Shown: positions 28,801 to 37,232 of the stretch, piece after piece | Position numbering within the stretch: the first letter of the stretch is position 1 | Layout: every line of letters begins with the position of its first letter | Assembly (NCBI GenBank): GCA_051382335.1 | Contig: JBBCAX010000001.1 | Span: 1 to 38,729, forward strand | DNA: 38,729 bases | From: Deltaproteobacteria bacterium TL4 | GTDB lineage: Bacteria > SAR324 > NAC60-12 | Direction of reading: 5' to 3' | Made by a program: the position numbers and the translations under genes | Notes under the pieces: model-generated | Databases searched by the model: none | The model's input: only the letters and a program-made list of their open reading frames with translations | Told to the model about the DNA's origin: nothing

Positions 28801-28917
28801 GAAGCGGAATTAGCAAGCGTTGGCATCAAACTGATTCTGCGCAAGCCGATACGTATGGTTGATTTGCTCCAAGAGGTGCAACAACTGTTATTTGAATCTA
28901 TGTCTCTGTCCCCTTGA
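22852..28917 (+). CDS. Multidomain signalling protein: Ser/Thr kinase-like - AAA/STAND ATPase - helical region - GAF - PAS - HisKA - HATPase-like - REC
   Basis: MSPEQTGRMNRSVDYRTDIYS, GNPGIGKST, KT.GNPLF, FLHDQIQQA.Y, ENAGAQRG GAF, PAS, AHDFNN, DLIITDLTMP; SD AGGGGGA before ATG 22852. Confidence 0.9.
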   Translation: MLNIPGYQISGQIHQDSSKILYRGVYNDKNVVLKVLRHLSAVQALNRLTHEFELLTHLSELAPVITPLALEKKGSEPALVWEDWGGHSLKAVVRSQLSDIQQDDFFLLTKDNSLSINLQMVLEIAIQLAKNLEMIHQSEVIHQGINPHNIFYNHLTQQAYFIDFSQACLTSKEPSSLVNFDWSEECLATMSPEQTGRMNRSVDYRTDIYSFGMILYELLVGTPAFQATTPIEWFHQHLAKTPRAPHEHDASIPLFVSAIVMKCLSKTLEDRYQSAYGLRVDLEDCLTQWKNQTLKEPLTPGQHDRSSRFEVSKKVYGRQKERIQLISAFERASRGGTEILLINGNPGIGKSTLVYEINKTILQRQAYFTTGTCALLHQHSPYYVLRQALQRLVQQLLMEEPQQLSLWREKILDAISPHAPLMLEMIPALELIIGPQLRGTTVSVENAPNPLPWVLHHFFKALTSHKHPLVLCLENLQWVDSASIQFIEELCLENLPCFLIIGVYRENEVGIAHPLLIAFNEVLSQGGSLKTIRLSSLQLPEIQQLLMDTFQCSANEVLSLAELCLEKTNGNPLFLNQFLQLLHAEKMITFSGERWLWTLDEIKNLEVTNNVIQLMIDKVHKFSLTTQKTLQFAACIGMQFDLNTLAIVSEQSQQQTAMALWKGVKEGLLVPRDTGYRSLEANPEHSVAYHFLHDQIQQAIYSMVEEGHPQKIHKAIGQLLLSTLNEKQREEQLFDIVHHLNQGTAFLKAPQEKKQLAELNLAAAERSLSAGAYESAYRFLKLGIVLLNEQSWQEDYALCLDYYLKGVRAASLINNEPQREQWSTEALRHITNLLDQIAFYEIQIQSLIARNQFNQALETTLTTLSLLGVPFSNPPSPWDIFGSLLKTKWMFKWKSLTQFETLPQMEDPHQLAIMKILSSAVNLSFMTVPALYVLFTLKMIELSWKYGNAPSTAYGYACYGMALCGFQEDPQTGQSWGQLALKMLEKSAPNEFASKIIFTYHAFISHWGQSLKASCDGLLSGHKPGLDSGDLAYASLSAFSYCAYHFLSGEKLSILEQEMLHYHQVLSKLKQEQTLVLMRLFMQTVSNLKSLEGKPQHLQGPWYHENKMVPLQLKQNDQHGLSSYHCLMTFLCYLFQQPREALEYANLASPHLDSLSGTAVVPLYYLYDSLSRLALYPELSALERQQALMKVKWNQKKLKKWYKLNSDNFAQKYYLVEAEQKRVLGRRPEARTAYDLAINHAHYNGYLNDEALAYELAGQFFLSQNNRPLAQTYLQQAYHTYSLWEAWAKVKHLEAQYPDFAFQNSYAASNNPSLEPRVPHQIVDLASVIKASQAISEQIETGELLAHMLPIVIENAGAQRGVFVLIENNQPVMQAYGSNLDDIEVIHTQNLESDTPLSPSLIPLSIVNLVSRTREPVIVDDVSQEAAYYHTDTYFIHHQTKSVLCAPVLHHNKLRGLLYLESNVRSVFTSERGDMLQFLLGQVAISLDNANLYTNVKDSLKRLQQEIEHRQNAEKRVREGQALYQMLVENMSEGLGLQNEEGLVTYVNDKLCAITGYSREQIVGFPMSQLLSPGSNQTVSSRKIEADPGKSNRFEMVSAHRNGGNLEILVSTSPIYDDQKKVIGSLAVITDITERKKLEKQLVQSQKMEAIGTLSGGIAHDFNNILGTMMGFAEVLKERFTEDTIEYQLLHKIDQAGARGADLVKQLLTFSRRNQTKLQPLNVLPIVKETLKMLHETIPSTVEIKTIIPPQCPEIFADLTQFQQILINLCMNAVQAMEKQGGCLTVQLETVENSEVSSAANSTANDCLKLIVQDSVYGKHPADREFEAIPQRSLLDGNKGIGLAIVHGIVEQHHGEMVVESEIGKGTTISILFPGVDRSSASEVELSSRELPQGGGHILIIDDEPDFLNYLKQALTGKGYQVTDHRDCLQCIDDFRKHPEVFDLIITDLTMPLMDGVQLSKELKSIRGDIPIILTTGFDTLYSEAELASVGIKLILRKPIRMVDLLQEVQQLLFESMSLSP

Positions 28918-28933
28918 ACACGATGTAATTTTA

Positions 28934-31900
28934 ATGATTAAAAAAAGTGATATTCAGGATATCTACAGTTTATCTCCAATGCAGCAGGGGATGTTGTTTC
29001 ATGCCATGTATGAGCAGGAACTGTTGTTATATTTTGAACAGTTTGTTTATCGTTTTTATGGAAAACTCAACCTCCAACACTTTCAATCCGCCTGGAATGA
29101 ACTGCTCAAACGGCATGATATTTTCCGCTCGATTTTTGTAACCAAGAATGTCCCTGAGCCTTTGCAGCTTGTGCTCAAAGCCCGTGAGCTTGAGTTTGAG
29201 TTTGAAGATCTTTCCTTCCAAAACCAAAGTGAGCGTGAAGCCTATCTCAACTCTTTTTTGCTCAAAGACCGTCAACGTTATTTTAGGCTGTCCTCCGAGG
29301 TGATGCTGAGGGTTTCTGTGTTTCGTCTGGATGAAAATACCCATACCGTCGTTTTGAGCTGCCACCATATCATTGCCGATGGCTGGTCTTTAGGACCCCT
29401 GATGACGGAACTGTTTCAGTGCTATCAGGCCTTTCAAAAAGGAATAACTCCCGCTTTGTTTCCCGCACCTCAATATAAAGCCTACATTCAATGGCTGGGC
29501 AAACAGGATCAAGCAATTTCCAAAAAATATTGGCAGAATTATCTGGCCGATTATTTAAAACTCAGCACACCTCCCGGACGTCTGGCTGGCTCAAAACATG
29601 AAACCAAAACGGTCGCGCGACATCAGGTGACTTTAAACGCAACTCAGGTCCAGGCGCTGCAAAAGATTGCGGTTCAAGCGGAAGTAACCTTGAATACTCT
29701 GTTTCTCGCTTTTTGGGGAATTGCGTTAGCTCAATACAATGATGCTGAGGATGTGGTATTCGCGGCTACGGTTTCAGGAAGACCCCCTGAACTTCTCAAT
29801 GTTGAAAACATGCTTGGATTGTTCATCAACGCTGTCCCTGTGAGAGTCAAAATAGCCCCCAAGGCTACGTTTCCAGAATTGGCGCGAACCCTTCAAAAAG
29901 ACGCGCGAAACAGTGAGCCTCATCATTATTACTCTTTGGCGGATATTCAGGGAGAAACCCTTCTGAAACAAAAACTTCTGGATCATTTAATCACGTTTCA
30001 AAGTTATCCCCTGGACCAGGCCTTTGCTGAAAAATTAGAACGGGAGTTGGGACTTCGGATTGAACAAACGGCGTCTTTTGAAAATATTAATTACGATTTT
30101 AATATTCTGCTGTTACCTGAAGGCCAGCAATTGAGTATTGTTCTTTGCTATAACCATGCGTTGTACGACTCAGCACAGATCCACACTATTGGAAATCACC
30201 TTTCTTACCTGATTGACTCCATCATCAACGAGCCTTCACGCACGTTAGCGTCACTGGAACTGATCGCGAAAGATCAACGGGAGCAAATCCTGCAAACGGC
30301 CCCGCATCCTTCAGCCTTCTCGCACTTTTGGGGCAGAACGTATGAGGACGCAACCGATGAAGATTCCAAAGTTTATGTTTTGGATCACTTGCTTCGACTC
30401 TCACCTGAAGAAACTCTGGGACGGATTTATCTGAGTGTAAGGAAAGACTCCACTCTCACGGAATACGCTGCTGTTGAAAGTCCTTTTTCTTTAGAATCGA
30501 AGCTCATTAAAACGGATTTCATAGGACTAAGACAAAGGGATAACAAGCTCAAAGTCCTTGGACCGTATGCTGCTTATGAGCAAATGAAAATAAGTCAGGG
30601 AGAATGGTTGGCATTCCCCTCCAAGGCCATGCCTTGTGTGCTTTGCGCCACGTTCACCGCAGATCCTTTTGTTCCCTATCTCGAGTGGTGGCTGAAACAG
30701 TTTGAGCTTGAAGTCTCCGGCCTCCTCGCCCCCTATAATCAAGTGTTTCAACAACTTCTGAACGCGGATAGTGTTTTACGGCAAAACGAGGGACTTAACC
30801 TGATTCTGGTACGTTTTGAAGATTGGATACGGGATTTGGCGTTGGAAACGGATCAGGCTTATGTGAATCATTTGGATCAACATTATTGGCAACTGGTGGA
30901 GGTCATCCAACAGAATTTCGCGGCAGTCACCTTTGTCGGCGTTTTTCCGGTTTCAAAGCACTTGTCTCTCAGCTCAAAGGTCAAAAATAAAATCAGTGAG
31001 TTGAACACCGCTTGGAAAACGTTTTTGTCAAACTCAGAACGCTTTCATTTACTCGATTTTGAACAGGTGGAAACGCTCTATGAGCTGGAAGAAATATTTG
31101 ATCGTCAAAAAGATCAGACCGGGCATCTCCCCTTTTCCGATGAATATTTCGCGGCAGCGGCAACATACGGGGCTAGACAGATTCTTGCCTGGAAAAAACC
31201 TCATTTTAAGGTGATCGCTGTGGATTGTGACAATACCTTATGGAACGGCATTGTTGGGGAGTCGGGTTTGAAGGTGCGGGTTGAGCATGAATATCTGTGG
31301 CTACAGCAGTTTCTTATTGACCGACATCAGGAAGGCTGGTTGATAGTGCTTTGCAGCAAGAATAGCGAAGAGGATGTCTGGGAAGTTTTTGACAAGCATC
31401 CTGACATGCTTCTCAAGCGCGAACATATCGTGGCTCATCGGATCAACTGGGAAAGAAAATCCCGGAATATACGGGAAATGGCAAAAGAACTCAACTTGGG
31501 AGTCAACAGTTTTATTTTCCTGGATGACAGCACTGCGGAGTGCAGTGAAGTCATGCATCATTGTCCCGAGGTCTTAACGTTGTTGCTGCCTCAATCTCCT
31601 TCGCATTTTCCTTCTTTTTTAAAACACGTATGGGCTTTTGACAAATTTCAAGTCACGGACGAAGACCGCAACCGCTCCGCAATGGTTGTGGCAGAAAAAC
31701 AACGGCAGGAACACTCCGAAGCCTTGTCCCTGGAGGACTTCTTAAAAAGTTTGGAGTTGAAAGTCTGGATGAATCCGGTCCAACCCCAGCAGATCGACCG
31801 TGTCGCGCAATTGACTCAACGGACCAATCAGTTTAATTTGAGTACCCTCAGAAGAACCTCCCATGAAATTGAAAAATTGCTCCAGGATGACCATCACCAA

Positions 31901-34900
31901 GGCTGGTCGGTTCATGTTAAAGATAAATTTGGTGATTATGGTCTCGTTGGGGTCGTGATTGCCCGTAAAGAAACAGGGTCCTTGTATTTGGATAGTTTTT
32001 TGCTGAGTTGCCGTGTTTTGGGACGGGAGGTGGAAACCGCTATTTTATCAGGCTTAAGAAAATTTTGTCTTGAAAATCAACTGAAGCACATCGACGCGGA
32101 TTTTAGACCAACCCCTAAAAACCAACCCATGCGTCAAGCCTTGGCTAAAGCCAACTGGCAAATACTTCAACAAACTCCTGAGCAAACACGTTATCAAATC
32201 TCAACAGCTCAACTCCCGGAAAAAGTGGAGCAAATCACGTTTTTCTACAACGAAGCGTTTGAATCCGCACCCATTGTTCCTGAGAAATCAAAGGAACCCA
32301 AGGTTTCTCATAAAACAGAACCCCCGAGGGAGGCGGCATCATCCAGGAAAATGGGGAATCAACATGGGTGGAAGGTCTTATTGACACTGAATGAGAATCA
32401 GGAACATAAAGCTTATTACCTCCCCCTTTTACATCATGAAACCACAGCCCTGATGTCTCTCGCTATTGAAGAACACGAGGCTCAACGCTCAACTCGTTCC
32501 TATGTGGCACCCAGGGATGAAACGGAGGAAAAATTAGTGGACCTCTGGAAAAAACTGTTGAAGCGGGAACTGCTTGGCATTGAAGATGACTTTTTTGATT
32601 TGGGCGGACACAGCTTAACCGCGACACGCTTGGTTTCCAGAATTTATAAAATCTTTGAGGTAGAGTTAGGCTTGAAAGAAGTTTTTGATCACCCGACTAT
32701 CTCACAGTTAAGCTCCTTGATTCAACAAAAAATCACCCTCGGATATCACTCAATTGAGGTGGTTGAGGCACAGGAATATTATGAATTGTCTCACGCGCAA
32801 AAACGCTTATGGGTTCTGAGTCAATTTCAGGATAACGCATTGGTCTATAATATTTCAGGCGCGTTTTTACTTGAAGGAAGTTTGAGTACAGAAAAATTGA
32901 AATTTGCCTTTCAACAATTAATAGAACGTCATGAATCATTGAGAACGACCTTCCTCACTGTTGACGGAGAACCCAAGCAGAAGATCCATTCAAACGCTGA
33001 ATTTCAACTCAAGGAACTTGATGAACGTTCTGCGGAGGATCCCTTGGCTCAGGCAAAATTAGTGGTGTCTCAAGAATTTGAAAACCCGTTTGATTTGGAA
33101 AACGGCCCCTTAATCCGTGGAACCTTACTGACTCTGAACGAAAGTCAATGGGTCTTTCTGTTGTCGATGCATCATATCATTTGCGATGGCTGGTCCTGGG
33201 GGATTCTCGTTAACGAAGTTTTTAAACTCTACAACGCCAGTCTTCAGCGGCAGAACGAAACGCTGGAACGTTTAGGTATTCAGTACAAAGACTATGCGGT
33301 TTGGCAAAATCAACTTTTAGACACACCCAATATTCGAAAAGACCGGGAGTATTGGCATCAGAAATTATCAGGGGAATTACCCTTGCTGGATCTTCCTTCA
33401 GATTTTCCACGCCCGCCTACGATTTCTCATGAAGGAAAAAAATTACACTTTCAGCTCAGTGAAGCACTGACCGCAAGTCTTCATCAACTATGCGGCAAGT
33501 ACCAGGTCAGTCTGTTTATGGCCTTGCTGGGGTTGATCAAAGTTCTGCTCCATCGTTATACAGGGCAGGAGGATCTCATCATCGGTTCTCCAATCGCGGG
33601 ACGGAATCATCCTGATCTTGAAGCTCAAGTCGGATGCTTTGTCAATACACTGGCTTTACGGGATACGATCAAAGGCACCGATACGTTTGCGGACGTCTTG
33701 CGAAAGATGAAACAAACAACAACCGAAGCCTATAACCATCAGCTTTATCCTTTTGACAAACTGGTGGAAGAACTGGAAATTCCACGTTATACGGATAGGA
33801 CTCCTGTTTTTAATGTGATGGTGGTTTTGCAGAATCAGGATATGTTTCAGCCTGAAATCGAAGGACTTTCCATTGCTCCTTTCCTGGAATTTGAAAGCAT
33901 CAGCAAGTTCGATTTGAATCTTCATTTTACTGAAGTCGGTTCCATCCTTAACGCGTCCATTGAATACCGAACCGATTTATTCCAGGAATGGCGTATGCTG
34001 CAACTCTGGACGCATTTGGAACAGTTACTTCACAGTGTGCTTTTGCTTCCAAAAACCGATGGCCGTCATATTCAGCCGCCGATTCGTTCCTTGTCGTTAT
34101 CCTCACAAAACGAAGTCGCGAAAATGCTGGAAACGTTCAATCAAACCAGGGTTTCCTTTCCCGAAACAATCACGATTCTTGATTTATTCGCAAAACACGT
34201 AGCACAGCAGCCCAAAGCGATCGCGGTCGCTTATGAAGAACAACAACTCAGCTATGAGGAGTTAGACGCTTACAGTCATCAGGTGGCACAACATATCATG
34301 GCCAGAGGGATTCAGCCCAAAACATTGGTTGGCTTATTTTTAGAACGTTCCCTGGAGATGCTGGTTGGCATGTTAGGCATCCTTAAATCCGGTGCGGCCT
34401 ATGTTCCGATTGACCCGCTATTGCCTTTAGACAGAATCCGCTTTATTCTCAACGATACTCAAGCGTCTCTGGTTGTCACTCAATCGGCAATGAAACACAA
34501 GCTTCCTGCCATCCCCATCCAGATCCTTTGTTTGGATACGGACCTCAGTGAAAAAGACACACACTCCGCACACAAATTGCCAACGGTTGTGCCTGAAGAT
34601 TTGGTGTATGTGCTGTTTACTTCTGGAACAACAGGACAGCCCAAAGGAGTTCAAATTGAGCACAGGCAACTGTTCAACTATCTTTGTGCCATTCAACAAC
34701 GCCTGGCCTTGCCGGAAAAAGCGAATTACGCGACGGTTTCCACTTTTGCCGCGGATCTGGGAAACACGGTAGTTTTTCCTTCGTTATGCGGTGGAGGATG
34801 TCTGCACATCATTTCTCAAAACCGGATTACGGATCCTGACGCGCTTGCTGAATATTTCAACCGGCATTCGATGGATGTGCTTAAAATCACCCCTTCTCAC

Positions 34901-36652
34901 TTAAAAGCTCTGTTAAACGCGGAATTTCCTGAAAACGTTCTGCCAAGAAAACGCCTGATTCTGGGGGGAGAATCCGCTCCTTGGGATTTAATTCGAGAAG
35001 TCCAGCGCCTCCGTCCAGAGTGTCGTCTGTTGAATCATTATGGACCCACTGAAACAACAGTCGGTGTATTGACTTATGACCTAACCCCTCAATCGCCCCA
35101 TGCTTATTTATCCGCTGTCCCTTTGGGAAAACCACTTGCCAATGTGGAAATCTATATTCTGGATCCTTATCTTCAGCCTGTACCGATAGGTATTCCCGGT
35201 GAGCTTTATATTGGAGGCGCAGCCCTGGCACGTGGTTATTTGAATCGTGAGGAATTGACGCAGGAAAAATTTATGGGACATCCCTTTAAAGCCAAAGCCC
35301 GCCTTTATAAAACGGGAGACTTGGCCCGCTATTTACCTGACGGCAATGTGGTGTTTCTGGGGCGGGTTGATGATCAGGTAAAAATCCGGGGATATCGGGT
35401 CGAACTCCGGGAAATCGAGCAGTGTTTGAAGCAACAGGAACAAATCGATGCCTGTGCTGTGATCGTTAAAGCCAACGCCAACAAGGAAAGTGAGATCTAC
35501 GCTTATTTGACGGGAAAAGGGACAATCAACATGAAAGAGGTCAAAAACGCTTTAAAGAAAAGTCTCCCGGAATATATGATTCCCGCTCAGATGCTGCAAT
35601 TGGAAAAAATTCCTCTCAACGCCAATGGCAAAGTGGATCGAAAAGCCTTACCGGAGATTGCGCTGACTTCGCTTGAGCCTTCAAAAAAAGTTCAGCCTGT
35701 TACAGAAACAGAAAAACAACTGGCGCTACTGTGGGAAGAAGTTTTATCCAACAAGGAGCTTGGCAGGGATGACAACTTTTTTGAAAGAGGCGGAAATTCA
35801 TTAAAGGCGATTAAACTGATCACAAAAGTCAGGGCCGCCTTCAAAGTGCCGATTTCCTTAACGCTGATTTATCAAAAACCTTCTCTCCGGGAAATGGGTG
35901 AATATTTGTCAGCACCCTCCAAGAACGCCCCGGTTTTCAAACAGGAACTTTCCTTTTTGCTCAACCAGGAAGGTGAGCGGAAACTGTTCTGCTTTCCTGA
36001 TATTTCAGGCTATGGCCTGCTTTACAAAAACCTCGCCGATCAGCTTGAGGCTTATGCGTTGTACGCTTTTAATTTTAGAAAAACAGCAAACACGATCGCT
36101 GACTATGTACAGTCTGTCCTGCAAATCCAACCGGAAGGTCCTTACCAGCTTTTTGGCTATTCCGCAGGCGGAAATCTGGCCTTTCAAATTGCCAAAGAAC
36201 TCACCAAACAAGGAAAAGCGGTTTCGGATCTGATTTTGCTGGATTCCAGACGCAGAGTGGAACCGGACGCTTATTCCGAGGAAGATCTAGAGTGGTTGAT
36301 CCACCATTACTTAGCGGCTAAAATTGAGGAAATCCACGAAAATTCAGAGCTCAGGAACGAGTTCAAACACGTCATCACTCAATACGCCCAATTTCTGTCT
36401 GAGCACCTGGAACAGGGGACGATTCCCTCCCGTATCCATTTAATTCGATCCACGGATCCGAATCACGATCCTCACGCAGAACGCTGGGATCAGGTTACTG
36501 AAGGGCCGTTTGCCCTCTATCGTGGTTACGGCAGTCATTTCGAAATGCTGCAACCGCCCAACCTATCGCGAAATATTGCTATTTTGAAAAAGATCTTGCT
36601 AACGATACCTAAACGGGAAAGCATTCAAAATCAAAAAGTCAATTTGTCCTAA
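28934..36652 (+). CDS. Non-ribosomal peptide synthetase C-[A remnant]-FkbH-T-C-A-T-TE
   Basis: C domains HHIIADG and HHIICDG; FkbH HAD motif DCDNTLW, CSKN, FLDDS, QLTQRTNQFN, LLSCRVLGR; T domains GGHSL and GGNSL; A domain FTSGTTGQPKG, NHYGPTE, YKTGD, NGKVDR; TE GYSAG; ATG 28934 is 16 nt after the upstream stop. Confidence 0.95.
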   Translation: MIKKSDIQDIYSLSPMQQGMLFHAMYEQELLLYFEQFVYRFYGKLNLQHFQSAWNELLKRHDIFRSIFVTKNVPEPLQLVLKARELEFEFEDLSFQNQSEREAYLNSFLLKDRQRYFRLSSEVMLRVSVFRLDENTHTVVLSCHHIIADGWSLGPLMTELFQCYQAFQKGITPALFPAPQYKAYIQWLGKQDQAISKKYWQNYLADYLKLSTPPGRLAGSKHETKTVARHQVTLNATQVQALQKIAVQAEVTLNTLFLAFWGIALAQYNDAEDVVFAATVSGRPPELLNVENMLGLFINAVPVRVKIAPKATFPELARTLQKDARNSEPHHYYSLADIQGETLLKQKLLDHLITFQSYPLDQAFAEKLERELGLRIEQTASFENINYDFNILLLPEGQQLSIVLCYNHALYDSAQIHTIGNHLSYLIDSIINEPSRTLASLELIAKDQREQILQTAPHPSAFSHFWGRTYEDATDEDSKVYVLDHLLRLSPEETLGRIYLSVRKDSTLTEYAAVESPFSLESKLIKTDFIGLRQRDNKLKVLGPYAAYEQMKISQGEWLAFPSKAMPCVLCATFTADPFVPYLEWWLKQFELEVSGLLAPYNQVFQQLLNADSVLRQNEGLNLILVRFEDWIRDLALETDQAYVNHLDQHYWQLVEVIQQNFAAVTFVGVFPVSKHLSLSSKVKNKISELNTAWKTFLSNSERFHLLDFEQVETLYELEEIFDRQKDQTGHLPFSDEYFAAAATYGARQILAWKKPHFKVIAVDCDNTLWNGIVGESGLKVRVEHEYLWLQQFLIDRHQEGWLIVLCSKNSEEDVWEVFDKHPDMLLKREHIVAHRINWERKSRNIREMAKELNLGVNSFIFLDDSTAECSEVMHHCPEVLTLLLPQSPSHFPSFLKHVWAFDKFQVTDEDRNRSAMVVAEKQRQEHSEALSLEDFLKSLELKVWMNPVQPQQIDRVAQLTQRTNQFNLSTLRRTSHEIEKLLQDDHHQGWSVHVKDKFGDYGLVGVVIARKETGSLYLDSFLLSCRVLGREVETAILSGLRKFCLENQLKHIDADFRPTPKNQPMRQALAKANWQILQQTPEQTRYQISTAQLPEKVEQITFFYNEAFESAPIVPEKSKEPKVSHKTEPPREAASSRKMGNQHGWKVLLTLNENQEHKAYYLPLLHHETTALMSLAIEEHEAQRSTRSYVAPRDETEEKLVDLWKKLLKRELLGIEDDFFDLGGHSLTATRLVSRIYKIFEVELGLKEVFDHPTISQLSSLIQQKITLGYHSIEVVEAQEYYELSHAQKRLWVLSQFQDNALVYNISGAFLLEGSLSTEKLKFAFQQLIERHESLRTTFLTVDGEPKQKIHSNAEFQLKELDERSAEDPLAQAKLVVSQEFENPFDLENGPLIRGTLLTLNESQWVFLLSMHHIICDGWSWGILVNEVFKLYNASLQRQNETLERLGIQYKDYAVWQNQLLDTPNIRKDREYWHQKLSGELPLLDLPSDFPRPPTISHEGKKLHFQLSEALTASLHQLCGKYQVSLFMALLGLIKVLLHRYTGQEDLIIGSPIAGRNHPDLEAQVGCFVNTLALRDTIKGTDTFADVLRKMKQTTTEAYNHQLYPFDKLVEELEIPRYTDRTPVFNVMVVLQNQDMFQPEIEGLSIAPFLEFESISKFDLNLHFTEVGSILNASIEYRTDLFQEWRMLQLWTHLEQLLHSVLLLPKTDGRHIQPPIRSLSLSSQNEVAKMLETFNQTRVSFPETITILDLFAKHVAQQPKAIAVAYEEQQLSYEELDAYSHQVAQHIMARGIQPKTLVGLFLERSLEMLVGMLGILKSGAAYVPIDPLLPLDRIRFILNDTQASLVVTQSAMKHKLPAIPIQILCLDTDLSEKDTHSAHKLPTVVPEDLVYVLFTSGTTGQPKGVQIEHRQLFNYLCAIQQRLALPEKANYATVSTFAADLGNTVVFPSLCGGGCLHIISQNRITDPDALAEYFNRHSMDVLKITPSHLKALLNAEFPENVLPRKRLILGGESAPWDLIREVQRLRPECRLLNHYGPTETTVGVLTYDLTPQSPHAYLSAVPLGKPLANVEIYILDPYLQPVPIGIPGELYIGGAALARGYLNREELTQEKFMGHPFKAKARLYKTGDLARYLPDGNVVFLGRVDDQVKIRGYRVELREIEQCLKQQEQIDACAVIVKANANKESEIYAYLTGKGTINMKEVKNALKKSLPEYMIPAQMLQLEKIPLNANGKVDRKALPEIALTSLEPSKKVQPVTETEKQLALLWEEVLSNKELGRDDNFFERGGNSLKAIKLITKVRAAFKVPISLTLIYQKPSLREMGEYLSAPSKNAPVFKQELSFLLNQEGERKLFCFPDISGYGLLYKNLADQLEAYALYAFNFRKTANTIADYVQSVLQIQPEGPYQLFGYSAGGNLAFQIAKELTKQGKAVSDLILLDSRRRVEPDAYSEEDLEWLIHHYLAAKIEEIHENSELRNEFKHVITQYAQFLSEHLEQGTIPSRIHLIRSTDPNHDPHAERWDQVTEGPFALYRGYGSHFEMLQPPNLSRNIAILKKILLTIPKRESIQNQKVNLS

Positions 36653-36718
36653 AAAATGTTTTTTAAGGATTTCTTTCAAAACGCTTTGATCAAGGGAAAA
36701 TTATGAAGTGTCCAGTAT

Positions 36719-36912
36719 CTCGACTTTGAACAATTTGCTCAATATTACTCCTGAATAAAATCAGAGACTTATAAAGTCGTATTAGAATTAATGATAGGTT
36801 TGGCCTGAAAAACGGGAAATAATAACCTTGCATTAATTCATTCATAAAATAAAACCACTGATATTATTGAATAATTAAAACTAAAACCATGAATCAAATG
36901 TTCAAAGTCCAG
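36719..36912. mobile_element. MITE family C with IHF-like sites
   Basis: Imperfect TIRs CT(C/G)GACTTTGAACA..TTTG at both ends; internal WATCARnnnnTTR match at 36759-36771 and an opposed near-match around 36850-36870. Confidence 0.65.
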
Positions 36913-36916
36913 CTTT

Positions 36917-37099
36917 TATAGATGTTCATTTAAATCTATTCAGAATGTATATTTTTGATGATCCATTTAATCGACTCATTATTAGGAGTGTCAAAGCTTG
37001 CTTTGACCAGAAAAGCCAAAGCTTTTCTTTTAATTTTGCCAAAGCAAGCTTTGGTACTCCACATTGATTCCAATGAATTTATTTAAATGAACGTCTATA
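36917..37099. mobile_element. MITE family A, copy 2
   Basis: Same ends as 6174-6367 (TATAGATGTTCATTTAAAT ... ATTTAAATGAACGTCTATA) and same internal GGAG-REP doublet (36985-37007, 37038-37060). Confidence 0.85.
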
Positions 37100-37232
37100 G
37101 GTGAAAATTATGTTTTGCTACCCATAATTTCATACCAAAAGAACACCATTTATGCTACCTCCATTAATTTGCAGAGACGACCAATAATTTCGTACTGGTG
37201 GATTCCTCCCCAAATAAAACATGTTCAAATAC

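Noticed and set aside
28859..28933. Cys-rich N-terminal extension of the NRPS ORF
   Set aside because: Out-of-frame overlap with the upstream gene; ATG 28934 matches the usual C-domain start
14480..36233. Numerous 60-135 aa antisense or alternate-frame ORFs within the large genes
   Set aside because: Shadow ORFs of well-supported long CDSs with no independent evidence
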